DNA from: Chiloscyllium plagiosum
Taxonomy: Eukaryota
Reading direction: 5' to 3'
Assembly (NCBI RefSeq): GCF_004010195.1
Contig: NC_057749.1
Location: forward strand, 14,539,429 to 14,603,428
DNA: 64,000 nucleotides
The position numbers and the translations under genes are program-made. The notes below the pieces were generated by a model, which did no database searches, was not told where the DNA came from, and worked only from the letters and a program-made list of their open reading frames with translations. How positions within the stretch are numbered: position 1 is the first letter of the stretch; every line of letters begins with the position of its first letter. Shown in pieces: positions 1 to 11,562 of this stretch.

Positions 1-344
1 CTTCTGCTCTCACCCCATCCCCCATGTCTTTCCTGTTTTAACATAAACTGGTCTCGCTTAAACTGCCCTAACCTGACTTATCTCGAACCCACCATGGACT
101 CCTATCATGTCCAGGTTGTGATGCTGAATTTGAAGTTAGTTTGTCAATATATGTTGTTCTTGGCCTTGCTGTGTGATTGGAACCCACAGCCTCCTGACTC
201 AGACTGCTGGCTCTGAGCCTGTGGCTGGTACTGCAGTGGTCAGTGTGCCTGCTCCTGTCCTGATGGCACTCGCCCACTGTTCAAAGTGAGGCAGACCGAT
301 AGATTGTTACCTTGCCGATTGATTTTTGAGTTTGTTTTTTGCAG

Positions 345-464
345 AGCTGGTGTACTGCGGGCGCAAGCTGAAAGATGAGCAGACGCTGGATTTCTATGGG
401 ATTCAAGCTGGCTCCACGATCCACGTCCTGAAGAAGTCCTGGCCGGAGCCAGAACAGAAACCCG
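345..464 (+). CDS. UBL7: UBL7 internal coding exon (C-terminal part of ubiquitin-like domain); start exon lies upstream of window
   Basis: tttgcag|...|gt boundaries; encodes ELVYCGRKLKDEQTLDFYGIQAGSTIHVLKKSWPEPEQKP, matching the UBL7 UBL domain. Confidence 0.93.
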
Positions 465-1383
465 GTTTGGAAAATTGTGATTTGTAAAGCATTGCTCCTA
501 ATAAATCCAACAGGAAAGTGAAGGGGCAATGCTTCATACAGTGGTGAACTTGCTACTACAAAGTGGTTAAGGCAAATTGATGCATTTAAGATAATTGTGT
601 TTCAGGTGGGAGGAAACTTGGTTAGGGACAAAAAAAAAACTGCAGACGCTGGAATCCCAAGTAGACAGGCAGGAGGCTGGGAGAACACAACAAGCCAGGC
701 AGCATCAGGAGGTGGAGAAGTCAATATTTTGGGTGTAATCCTTCAGGGCTGGGTGTAGGGGGAACTGCAGGTAAAGGGGGTGCTCGGGTCAGGGTGGTGA
801 AGTGGGGACAGTTATCTTAAATCTGTGCCCTCTGTTCTCACTCCTTCCACCAGTGGGAGCAGTTTCTCCCAACTGCTGTGTCCAGACTTCGTTATCACTT
901 TGGGTAACTTTGCACTGAGCTTCAGTTAGGTGCTGCTGTGTAGTGCAGAATAGATTCCATGGCATTAGTGCCAACAGACGAGCCAGCGCATGGGTGTTCA
1001 TTCAATAATTTCCTTGGTTCCCAATAGTTCTTCAGTCTTGAAAATATAAATTAGAAATGGTCCCAAATCAGTTAAATAAAATCTCAAACAATATTTTTTC
1101 AGATATGCCAAGCTGACACAGCTTGTGAAGATTGAGTTTAAGGGAGGGTTTAATAATGTGAATGGAATGAGCTGCCAGCAATGGTCACAGAGACTGGAAA
1201 CTGGGCTGATTTAAAATGAAGTGGATTATTAGTTGGAGGGGATAAGGGTGACCACCTGCCTTTGTTTCCAGAGGGGGGAGAAATTGGTAGAAGTGATGGG
1301 AGTCTGCTGGAAAAGCAGTTGTCGGTACAGTGTGTATTTGGCCTGTGTGTTTCAGAATGCACTGATGTGTTCCTTCTTCCCAG

Positions 1384-1466
1384 AGCCCGTGGAGCAGGCA
1401 GCTGCAGCCCGGGAGTTCCGTGTGCTCCAGGCAGCATTGCATGCCAGCCCTGCCTACAGGGAGGCG
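1384..1466 (+). CDS. UBL7: UBL7 coding exon
   Basis: ttcccag|...|gtaagt; EPVEQAAAAREFRVLQAALHASPAYREA; phase compatible with previous exon. Confidence 0.93.
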
Positions 1467-1583
1467 GTAAGTGGAATTTTGATCTGCTCCTCTTTTATGA
1501 GCTGTAATTCTTTCTCACCTTCCCTCCCTCCAAATGATGAATCCTGTTGTGATGCTCATACGAACTGAGGTTCATTGCTGCCT

Positions 1584-1609
1584 CTGACTGACTGACTGAC
1601 TGACTGACT
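1584..1609. repeat. (CTGA)n microsatellite
   Basis: about 6 tandem CTGA units. Confidence 0.85.
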
Positions 1610-3264
1610 CTTGGGTGCATAGGTATTTGAATGCAGTAGCATTGCAGTTGAGCCCAGCCTTGTTCTACCCTGGGCTTTACATGCTAACCTGCCAGTGAGA
1701 GTCACTGAATAATGACAATAGGTTATTTATTTTTCCTGTCACACCTTTGTATTGGGCCAGTTGCGGGTGTTCCATTTGAGATTAACTGGATAGTATAGAC
1801 CTGGAGTTCAGAGCCTGATGGTTACCCATGGTCTGTGTAGCTCAGTGCCAGTCTTCAAGGTGCACAGAATCAGTGGAAGTCTGAAGCTTCACTATTGCTA
1901 ATGCATTTCACTGTTGTTGGGTTCGTTCCTGACGCTCCCTCCCTTACGCTAAATGGATTTCATTCAAGAAGGCTGCTCACTGTCCCTTTGGTATTTATGG
2001 ATGAACAGGAAATGAGGCCTAGCTAGTAACACCCACATCCCATAAAATAGTGAAATGAAATGTCAACTCCTTGTGTTTTTTTAACATTCCAATGCGTATC
2101 ACAGGAGCATTATCAAACAACATTTGTTATTCAGTCACATCAGGAGTTATTGGTTATGTGGAGCTTATGCAAAGTAAATTTTAAGGAACCTGTCAAAGCG
2201 GAGAGGAGAGTGGAGAGGTTGAAGAAGGGAATTCCAGAGTTTGGGGCCTAGACAGATGAACATGCAGCCACCATTGGTGAAGGATTGAAAGTAGGACAGC
2301 CCTTCAAAGTTAAATTCATATCTTTGTTCCATTTGGAACTGTTGTTAATCCCTTTTCTGAACACATGAAAGGAGAGCAGGTGGAAAGATGTTGAAAGACA
2401 TACATGGTACTCCAAAAAACAGATGAACAGCCTGCACTTTGAGTATTGCCACAGCCATATACAGTGGAAACCATGCACTTCAGAATAAAAAGAGACACAA
2501 CCACAAGCTGAAGAACTTTGTAAGAACATTAGTCAGGAGATTGTTTAAAAGTTACTTTGTTTTATGAGTCATATACTTAAAATTGTGATTCAGATTTGTG
2601 TAAGAGGGTGGGGTTTGTGTGAAGCCTATTTGACTTTACCCAAGGCAGCTAATGCTTCACTAGTGCAGTGTATGGCGCAAGTGTAGCAGCCAAGGGGATG
2701 CCGATTTGATTTTAAACTGACCTCCTGGACACGTTGCTGGGAAGACTGAAAAGCTCCTTCTATCCTCTATATTGGCATCCAATCCATTGACGCTGTTAGT
2801 AATTTTCCACACTATCAACTGATGTATATCTTTCAAGTGAGCCATTGTCTGGAGGGGTTCCAAAAATACCACGCAGTGAAAGATAGAACTTGTTTTAAAC
2901 TGACAACTGCTACGTTCAAACTGTACCCCAGATCTAATTTGCAGCATTGACCAGTTATTATACCCTTGCTGTATTTCACAAATAAACTGTGTGTGAAATT
3001 GGAATCTGATGAAATCCTTTAAGATGATGATTCATAGCAATGTTGCTATGCAGTAAACATAGAATAAATGCTACCTGATCTCCTCCTTTCACCCATGCAC
3101 CACTTTGAGAACAAATTAAGAAAGGCATTATCAATCTCCACAGTTTGCTGTACGGTGCTGTAAATTTACAGTAATCAATCAAAATTTGTGATAGTTGGAA
3201 AGGCAAGAGGTTCTGCCGATGTGTTTCAATGCTCTGTATTCTACCTTGATTAAATCAATTGCAG

Positions 3265-3349
3265 GTTTTCAAGATGTTGGCAAACAAGGAATCTCTGGAC
3301 CAGATCATTGTTGCAACACCGGGGCTCAGCAATGACCCCATTGCTTTAG
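3265..3349 (+). CDS. UBL7: UBL7 coding exon
   Basis: ttgcag|...|gtgagt; VFKMLANKESLDQIIVATPGLSNDPIALG. Confidence 0.94.
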
Positions 3350-4334
3350 GTGAGTTTGAAAGATTTATCTTTCTTGCAGTTCAGTGGTGTTCTTGTGACT
3401 TGACCGTCACTCCACACGGAGGAAGCCATCAGAGTTGCATACCCCTCCCTGACCTGGACACACTTTGGCTTTCCTTCAGGCAAACACAAGCAGGTTGGCC
3501 ATAACACTGTGGAGTTTGGGAGAATGAGAGATGATTGCAGAAAGCTTGACAGGATTGATGCTGAGAGAATGTTTTCCCTGTAGAACCGGGTTTCAAATTA
3601 AGGGATCCCCATTTAAGACCGATAAGAGAAATTTCCTCTCTGAGTTGATTACCCTTTTTAGAATTCTCTTCCCCAGAGACCAGTGATGATCGGTCATCGA
3701 ATATATTTGAGATCGAGTTGGACAGAACTTTGATGTCAGAGTTGACTTATGAGGAGGCAGAGATATGGAGTTAATGTCTCAATTGGATTAGCCATTTCTT
3801 ATTGAAGGGCGAATCTGACTCAAGGGCTGAGTGGCCTACGTCTCCTATTTCTCCAACCCACTGAGTCAGTCTCCTTGAATTCTCTACTCTCACCATTGTG
3901 GAAATGCTATCACCACAACGATTGCAGCACTTCAAGGAGAAGGCTCACCACCACCTTGGAAACAACTGAGGTTGGCAGTAAATGTGTCTTTGTCATGAAT
4001 ATTCCAAGAACTAGTTTTAAAATATGCAATGATCAGTTACTGGGCGGGCAGCATGGTTCGTAACGATCTCACAAACTTAAACTTGTGTAGAACTGCTTTT
4101 CAGAACCTCGAAGCATCTTAAAGCTGTTCAATTCTATTGAAGTATTAGTGAAATGTATTCACTGTTGTAGGAGTCACTGCTTTGGCAACCTATTTCAAAT
4201 GTCAGCATTTCATTTTTCAAATATATTTGTAAGTACACACTAGTCATTGTTCTTGAACTCTTGCTCTTACCTGACGATGCAGACATTTCAGTAACTCTCT
4301 TGATTACGTTATCCAGTTGTGAATCAGTGTGTTG

Positions 4335-4615
4335 TCAGCCATGGCTCACTGGGTAATGCTCTTGCTGCTGCATCAGGTGTTAGCTTCAAGTCCAGCTGCA
4401 CAGAACTGAGCACCTAACTTTGACCAACATGTGCAGCACAGTATCAAGGGAGTGCTGCACTATCTTCTGATTAAGACATTAAACCATGGCCCCATCTGCT
4501 GAGTCGAGTAGATATAAAAGATACTGTACCTGTTCTTCTGGAAAAATTGGAAGGTTCTACCTAATGCTCTGGCCAATATGCATTCCTCAAACAATGTCAC
4601 AAATTAGATCATGAT
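4335..4615 (+). mobile_element. SacSINE1/Deu-domain-like SINE, degenerate
   Basis: tRNA-like head plus agggagtgctgcac...ttaaaccatggcccc...aaaagat core; similar copies at about 50960-51365 and 53065-53465. Confidence 0.55.
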
Positions 4616-5498
4616 TTCGACAGTGACCCTTTACTGGTTTCCTTTTCTTGAACTCCACCAGTGACTACTCATCAAGAGGAAATCACAGAATGTCTGCTGC
4701 TTTGTGACATCCTTGGTTGCAGACGGCACCACATAAGTGTAGGGTTGTCAGTTGTAGGTTTGACCCTAGCTGGTACTCAGTAGCAAGAATCCTTGCTGTT
4801 TTGATTAACTCATTGGGGCCAAAGATGCAGAGGCCTGTGGAAGTCCAACAGAGACATCTGCAATGTTGTTGGTTCTTTATTTTTAATTCATGGAATGTGG
4901 GGCATCACTGGCTCCCCATCCCTAATTACTCTTGATAAGGTGGTGAGATGTATTCTTGCACCATTGCTGTCTGATGCAAGACATCCACAGAGCTAGAGGA
5001 CGAGTTCCCGGATGTTGACCCAGTGACTGTGAAGGAATGATGGTAGAGTTCCAAGTCTGGACTGCCATGGAGGGGGCAAGTGTTGCAGTTGTGCTGGAAC
5101 AGCCTGTCTACGGATGTGGTGCACAAGTCTTCAGTACTGTTGCAACAATGTTGTCACGGTCCGTAGCCTTTGCAATACCTAGTACATTCAGCCATTTCCT
5201 GATATCGTGGTGTTAATCAAAGTAGCTGAAGGCTGGCATGTATGATGGGGGGGAGAACCTTGAAAGGAGGCATAGATGGATCATCCATTTGTCATTTCTA
5301 GCTGAAGATACTAATGAGCACATCAGGCTTATCTTTTGCTCTGATGTACTGGGCTCCCCATCGTGGAGGATAGTGATATTTGTAGAGCCACCTCCTCCAG
5401 CGAGTTGTCTGCTTGATTGTCCACTGTCATTCGCAATCAGACCAAATAGGACTATAGACCTTACTCCTGATCTATTGTTTGTAGAATTGTTTGGGTCT

Positions 5499-5675
5499 AT
5501 GCACAGCACAAAACAGACTGCACAAGCTAGATGGCAAAACAATTACAATGCTTTTAACAAAGGGCCTGCATTAATATTGTCTTACTGTTTTATGACTTAT
5601 TAATGCAGACACTTTGTTAAAAGCATTGTAATTGTTTTGCCATCTGGCTTGTGCAGTCTGTTTTGTGCTGTGCAT
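5499..5675. repeat. Long near-perfect inverted repeat (78-bp arms, 21-nt spacer)
   Basis: 5499-5576 is the reverse complement of 5598-5675 with 3 mismatches. Confidence 0.9.
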
Positions 5676-5854
5676 TTGTCTCAAACAACTTGTTGGACCG
5701 AAGGGCCTGTTTCCACACTGTGAAGTAATCTAATCTAATCTAATCTAAAAACTTCAGGTAGATTCCATAGCTATCAATAATTACAATTTCATTTCTATAG
5801 AGTTTTGTTTGTGGAATGTACTTGTACAACAAAAGGGTAAAGTCCCTGAGGACC

Positions 5855-5936
5855 ATAGGGCTGCTCTCATTAGAGAGAGAAGACTAGCAGTGATTATAGG
5901 GCTGCTCTCATTAGAGAGAGAAGACTAGCAGTGATT
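5855..5936. repeat. Perfect 41-bp tandem duplication within a SINE-like element
   Basis: atagggctgctctcattagagagagaagactagcagtgatt x2; related sequence in opposite orientation at about 62660-62800. Confidence 0.85.
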
Positions 5937-6271
5937 TATACTGAGGGTCACCCTGCCACAGGCGAGGCAAGCAGTTGAGAAGGAGGAACCTTCGTGGTTA
6001 CCTTAACCAATGCAGAACATACTTGTAGCCTTTACATTCTGATGAATTACATTTTTTTCAGTTGAAAAGTCAATGTGTTGTCAGGTGAAGCAGCTTTTTG
6101 CATCCAGCAAGGTCTCAAACCTAGCGTTGTGATAAATTACCAGATAAGTTGTGTCTTTGGTGCTGGTTGATGAAGGAAACCTTCCTGCCTTCTATTTTGT
6201 GGTGCACTTGGATTATGTTTCAGCTGAATTGGGCATCATTTAGATGTCAGATTCAACAGGCATCCTTGCTG

Positions 6272-6998
6272 TGTTATGACACTGAGTGAACCCCCCGCTG
6301 ATATAATTTAACCTGCAACACAGAAATTTAACCCGTGCTGTAGTCTGTTAAAACTCTAGAGGGAAATAAGTATCCCAAAAGTCACTATTTAAAGTAAAAA
6401 TTAACAACTTTAATTTTTTGAAGTCTAACAGAGGATAATTAACTAACAATTCATTTATCAAAACCTATCCTTTACATTCCTTTCGACAATACTGATCCGA
6501 TAAAACTCCCTGATTAAGATTTACAGAAAAATTCAAATTTCAAAACCAGCCAGCTGTCGACTCTTCTCTTGGTATCTTCCTCTGTAGATTTGCTCTCCAG
6601 ATCGTTGTCGATCATTTTTCCTGTACAAACACCTCCTCCAGACAGGTACCTTTCAGAGAGTTCTTACTAGCAGCTTACATCTGTTGGTCTTTCAGTAGTT
6701 CTCCTCCAACTGTTCAATTTTTCCTGATCTTGTACCCTCAAAGCATCAGATCGTTTCATTGGTGTTAATATTGTTCAAAATACTTAATTCAGATTTATTT
6801 AGAGTTTGTCATTTTGGGCCATCAATTAGTGATTGGCTGAATTTGAATTTGTTTCTTGTCTCCAGGCAACCCAGCTAATCTAGCTGTTGGACCAAATGTT
6901 ACATTTTTACCTTGTTCAGAACACTTGGTGCTGTGTCAGTTAGTTCTGCTAGCTTTTCACTCTCTTAAAGACACAGTACCCCTTACACCTTGGTAACA
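6272..6998 (-). mobile_element. Solo LTR (Gypsy-like)
   Basis: TGTTA...TAACA termini, 4-bp target-site duplication GCTG at 6268-6271 and 6999-7002, 727 bp, no internal domains; strand tentative. Confidence 0.75.
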
Positions 6999-7156
6999 GC
7001 TGGAGCACAGCACGCCGTCACGACCACATTAGCATGTAAACATAGATTGTGTACTTAATGGGGTTTACATCTTTCACTCGAGAGGCATGCTGATATATTT
7101 TGATGCGCACAAACAAGAATTTATTCAAACCTAATTGTTTTTATTTTGTTGTCTAG

Positions 7157-7214
7157 GTGTTTTGCAAGACAAAGATTTGTTTGTGCTCTTCACTGACCCA
7201 AGCCTATTGGACAC
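7157..7214 (+). CDS. UBL7: UBL7 coding exon
   Basis: gtctag|...|gtaagt; VLQDKDLFVLFTDPSLLDT. Confidence 0.92.
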
Positions 7215-7469
7215 GTAAGTGCTGACTGCGTAAGCATCAATCAGATTCAAAAGAGTCTCAATGGTGGAGCTTCCATTCTGAGGATTTTGTGTCTGCAGCT
7301 TAGTCTTAACTATTGACTTTGGACAGGCATTGAAATGGTGCTAATGAAGGTCTATTTTGCCCTTCTCTTGATTCACTCCTGACTGGAGTGATGCAGCAAT
7401 TGCATAGAGATTGGCAAGTTTTGTTACTGTCTGCTTTTTGTTGAGATGTTGCTGAGTGAGCATTGGGAT

Positions 7470-7747
7470 TTGTGTGGGTGTAATACCTGGGTTTGAACTC
7501 GCTTGCCTCTTGATTTCCATAAAATAATGACTAGCCTGAATCGTAGGACAAAGATTGGAATATGTATAATATCGTACATATTGAACCCGGGTCTCTGGCG
7601 CTGTGAGGCAGCAGTGCTTGCCACTGTGCCGCCCTAATTGTGTGGGTGTAATACCTGGGTTTGAACTTGCTTGCCTCTTGATTTCCATAAAATAATGACT
7701 AGCCTGAATCGTAGGACAAAGATTGGAATATGTATAATATCGTACAT
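7470..7747. repeat. 110-bp direct repeat flanking a 55-bp reversed SINE head
   Basis: 7470-7579 and 7638-7747 differ at one base; the spacer is the reverse complement of the HE1 SINE tRNA head. Confidence 0.9.
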
Positions 7748-8100
7748 TATAAAATCTGTGTGATATGAATGTGTATCTTGGGAGCCAAGGATGGAGATTG
7801 CAAGGGCTCTGCTATTAACTTTTGCACCCTGTCTGGCCACAAGAAATACCAGAGGGGTGGAGGGCAGCTGGTATGGTACATTCCTCAAGAGGAAGAGTAA
7901 GGAAAATCTAGTGGATGGTACTTATCATACTCAATATTAATCCTTTTCAAGATGGATCATACACCTATAATGTGCTTCTGAGTTGAGAGTTCTTGCCATG
8001 AAGGATTCACTTGCATTAAGCAGTATATGAGCGCCTTTGTTAACCTGCTGTATGCCGATATTGAAGTGTTGGTCTTTAACGTATGTGATCCTCTCTGCAG

Positions 8101-8234
8101 GTTGATTTCTTCACATCCCGCATTAGTTAATGCGATGGTATTGGTCCTACACTCTGTGACTGGTGAGGCCCCTTCACCGACTGCTGCCAGTAACTCCAGG
8201 AGTATTCCATCTAGTTCTTACAGTGAGGTCCCAG
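8101..8234 (+). CDS. UBL7: UBL7 coding exon
   Basis: ctctgcag|...|gtaagt; LISSHPALVNAMVLVLHSVTGEAPSPTAASNSRSIPSSSYSEVPG. Confidence 0.93.
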
Positions 8235-8260
8235 GTAAGTTTTTCCTCAACACTAAGACC

Positions 8261-8497
8261 TTTCTTGTTGTGGTTCTGTTCGCCGAGCTGGGAATTTGTG
8301 TTGCAGATGTATTGTCCCCTGTCTAGGTGACATCCTCAATGCTTGGGAGCCTCCTGTGAAGTGAAGGAGGCTCCAAGCACTGAGGATGTCACCTAGACAG
8401 GGGACAAAACGTCTGCAACACAAATTCCCAGCTCGGCGAACAGAACCACAACCACAACAACGAGCACCCGAGCTACAAATCTTCTCACAAACTTTGA
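8261..8497. mobile_element. Penelope-like-element-derived palindromic insertion with hammerhead ribozyme remnants
   Basis: about 90-bp inverted arms; gcaCTGAGGAtgtc...gac(A)AAACGTCtgc motif; flanking 9-bp duplication ACTAAGACC. Confidence 0.7.
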
Positions 8498-8984
8498 ACT
8501 AAGACCATTCATTTATAGAACTCCTGCAATGTATTAAAATGTCACAAGGCAATTCACAAGAGTATTCTCAAACAGAAGAATTGGCATTATTATCACAGGT
8601 GACCAATGCTTTGGGCAGTGAGTTAGGTTTAAGGGGTATGTTGAAAAAGGGATGTTATGAGTAGGAATGCCAAAGCACAAACCTGTGGACAAAAGGCTGG
8701 GTTATTATTTTCAATGCCATTCTTCAGACTGGCAGGGCTGGGCATTACCAGTGAAGAATTGCAACTCATCTTGATCCTACTGGCAAGCTCTAGTGTTTAT
8801 TTCCTATTTCACTCCTTTCTCACTGAGGGAGGGGTGGATGGTTGGGGAAGCGAATGAGATTTGTGATGAAGGAGAAATAATGGAATGTTGCAAGTACAAA
8901 ATAAGAGAAAGTGTTGAAAATTACACTGCTAGATGCCCAAGAGAAATGGGAAAAGTAGTTCACGCTTTGAGGTGGTTTATGAGG

Positions 8985-9415
8985 AACATTTGAGGACTCT
9001 GAGTCTATACTCAATAGAGTTTAGAAGGATGGGGGAGGAGGAATCCAATTGAAACATACAGAATACTGAATGGCCGAGACAGCGTAGATGTTGGGAAGAT
9101 GTTTCCATTAGTAGGAGAGACTAAGACCCCCAAGGGCACAGCCTTAGAGTAAAAGGAAGATGTTGTAGAACAGAAACGAGGAGATACCTCTTCAGCCAGA
9201 GAGTGGTGAATCTATGGAATTCACGGCCACAGAAGGCAGTGAAGGCCAGGCCATTGAGTATATTTAGGACTGAAATAGATAGGTTCTTGAGTATCAAGGG
9301 TAATGGGGAGAAAGCGGGAGAATGGGGTGGAGAAACTTATCGACCATGATTGAATGGCAGAGCAGACTTGATGGGCTGAATGGCCTACTTTCTGCTCCTT
9401 TGTGTTATGGTCTTG
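8985..9415 (+). mobile_element. CR1-type LINE 3' fragment
   Basis: RT C-terminal-like remnant plus gatgggctgaatggcct 3' UTR. Confidence 0.7.
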
Positions 9416-9593
9416 TGTTGGCTGCAGCTGAACTGATAATTGATTCAGTCTTGATCCCTACCATGGCTTTTGCTGTCTGTAAGATGGTATCCAATGCTCG
9501 CACTGTAAGTGATGTTTGTGCACATGATGGGGGGAGTGTGGTGGTGTACACATGTTGATAAAAGCCACAGTTCCTTTCTGCTTCATGTTCCAG

Positions 9594-9643
9594 GTGGATT
9601 CCTCTTTGATGGGCTTTCTGATGATGAAGATGAGTTTCATCAG
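9594..9643 (+). CDS. UBL7: UBL7 coding exon
   Basis: ttccag|...|gtaagc; GFLFDGLSDDEDEFHQ. Confidence 0.92.
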
Positions 9644-10443
9644 GTAAGCCCAAAGTTCCAGCTTGTGGAGAATGTGCACGTGCTTACGTTTTTGTGGATC
9701 TAAACTGACTCCAATTTGCATTAAGTTAAACGTCATTGTGATATTTAGTACAAGATCACCTCTGTATGCTGAGTTTTCTAATGTGGTCAAAGGGGAAAAA
9801 CTACTTTCTTCACTTTTTTGGGGAATTTTGTGCTGTTCTAAGTGTGTCCTAGTTGATTATATTTTAGTCAGCAATTGATTTCAATGCCACTAATGCAAAA
9901 TGGAAGCCTGTTTTTGTGGAACTAAACAGTGTGTCCAAGTGCAGCAAGGGAATAATGATCAGATAATCATAAATGGTAGTACAGAGGGCTGTATAACCTC
10001 ACTGTCCTGACATTGATACTTGGCACATTGGATGTTTCTACTATCAATGGTTAATATTCTTTTATAGTCAGTAAAGAGCTTGAGTATTGCTGAAAACACA
10101 TCCATTTTGTCAAAGCTTTTCATCCTGCTCTCATTGGGACAATTTGCAAGAATTATCAATTCAAAGGGAAAACAAGTAATTACATACACTACATGAGAGG
10201 AGAGTACTGATTAGATGGCAAGTGGACTCTTAACAGGCTATTAACTGTAAATTAGGATTAACTGATGAACTTTACATGGATACACCTCTGCCAATCAGTG
10301 ATCTCCTCTCCTGCAGTGTATATGTTGGTCTTCCCCTTGAATTGGTATTCTTGTGAGATGTCCTGATTAGTGCAAGATGGAAAACTTTGACAAAATATTT
10401 TAATTGAATGTGGAAATAAATAGCATTCATGTTGTCTTCACAG

Positions 10444-10611
10444 GCCCGGGCCACTGCTTCCTCCAGCAACCCCTCTAGCTCCCGTCCAGCCACGCTGGGC
10501 TACAGTGGCTCAGTTGGACCTCGACCGATCACGCAGAGTGAGTTGGCGACTGCACTGGCCCTGGCCAGTACCCCAGAGAGTAGTGCTGCCACCCCGACCA
10601 CAGGAACGCAG
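10444..10611 (+). CDS. UBL7: UBL7 coding exon
   Basis: ttcacag|...|gtgagc; ARATASSSNPSSSRPATLGYSGSVGPRPITQSELATALALASTPESSAATPTTGTQ. Confidence 0.93.
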
Positions 10612-10698
10612 GTGAGCCAACCTCCCTCAATGGCACTCATACCCTCCAAGTGCATTGTCTCCTGACTCAACCCAATCTCGACTTTGCTCTCCCCACAG

Positions 10699-10821
10699 GG
10701 CACAGCGTCAGGTCTGTCTCCGGTGATGAACTCAGTGCCGCCAGCTGCCCCAATCAGCCACGATATATTCAGCCAGGCACTGCAGCAGGCTCTGCAAGCT
10801 TCGAACATCTCAGCACTTCAG
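10699..10821 (+). CDS. UBL7: UBL7 coding exon (after an 87-nt intron)
   Basis: ccacag|...|gttggt; GTASGLSPVMNSVPPAAPISHDIFSQALQQALQASNISALQ. Confidence 0.91.
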
Positions 10822-11424
10822 GTTGGTGGCTTTGATCAAGTTTCCTCCACTCTTCAAAACAAAACGACCTTATTTGGGGTGTTGCATTTGACCTGGGTAT
10901 CATTGAACCTGGCGTGGAAATGTCAGCCATTCAAGAGTCCTGATCCACATGACCCCAGCTGCTCTTGTATTCGATGCTGTTACAATGTCTGTGTGTTTAA
11001 GGATATGGGTGTCGGGTGATGGGGGTCAGGTGTGGGTGTAGTTGAGATTATATGCTTGTCATTAAAGTGTGTGCATCTGCACGTGTGTCCTGTAGGGAGG
11101 TATGTGTGCCTGTCTGCATGGTTGGTGCAAAGGTTATAAAACCTTCAGTAATAAAAATGGTGTAACTGTTGGAAAGCACAACTGGTGCATTGCTATCTTT
11201 GAATAAGGATTGCCTTTTCTACAATCTGGTTTCTGGTTCCACACTGAACTGTCCGTGGTAGTGGCCTCAACTAGGGTCTATCAGTTTTCCGCTCTGGGAT
11301 TGTTGAGGGTGGAGGATGGAAGGCATGTCGAATTTCTTTTTTCTCTCAATTTTGTCAAATGGAGTTCTTTGTCTCTGGGGGCAGAAGTAAAATTTTACTC
11401 AGTGCACCTTTTTGTCTCCTTTAG

Positions 11425-11562
11425 AATCAATGGCAGCCACAGCTCCAGCAGCTCAGGGACATGGGGATCCAAGACAGCGAGCTGAGTCTGCGGGCTCTGC
11501 AGGCCACCGGAGGGGACATCCAGGCTGCCCTGGAACTCATATTTGCTGGAGGAGCCCTTTAG
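11425..11562 (+). CDS. UBL7: UBL7 last coding exon (UBA domain, TAG stop)
   Basis: ctttag|NQWQPQLQQLRDMGIQDSELSLRALQATGGDIQAALELIFAGGAL*; all nine exons join in frame (959 nt, phase-1 start). Confidence 0.95.
   Translation, partial: NQWQPQLQQLRDMGIQDSELSLRALQATGGDIQAALELIFAGGAL

Noticed and set aside
10612..10698. In-frame retention of the 87-nt UBL7 intron
   Set aside because: The length is a multiple of 3 but it contains an in-frame TGA ending at 10665.
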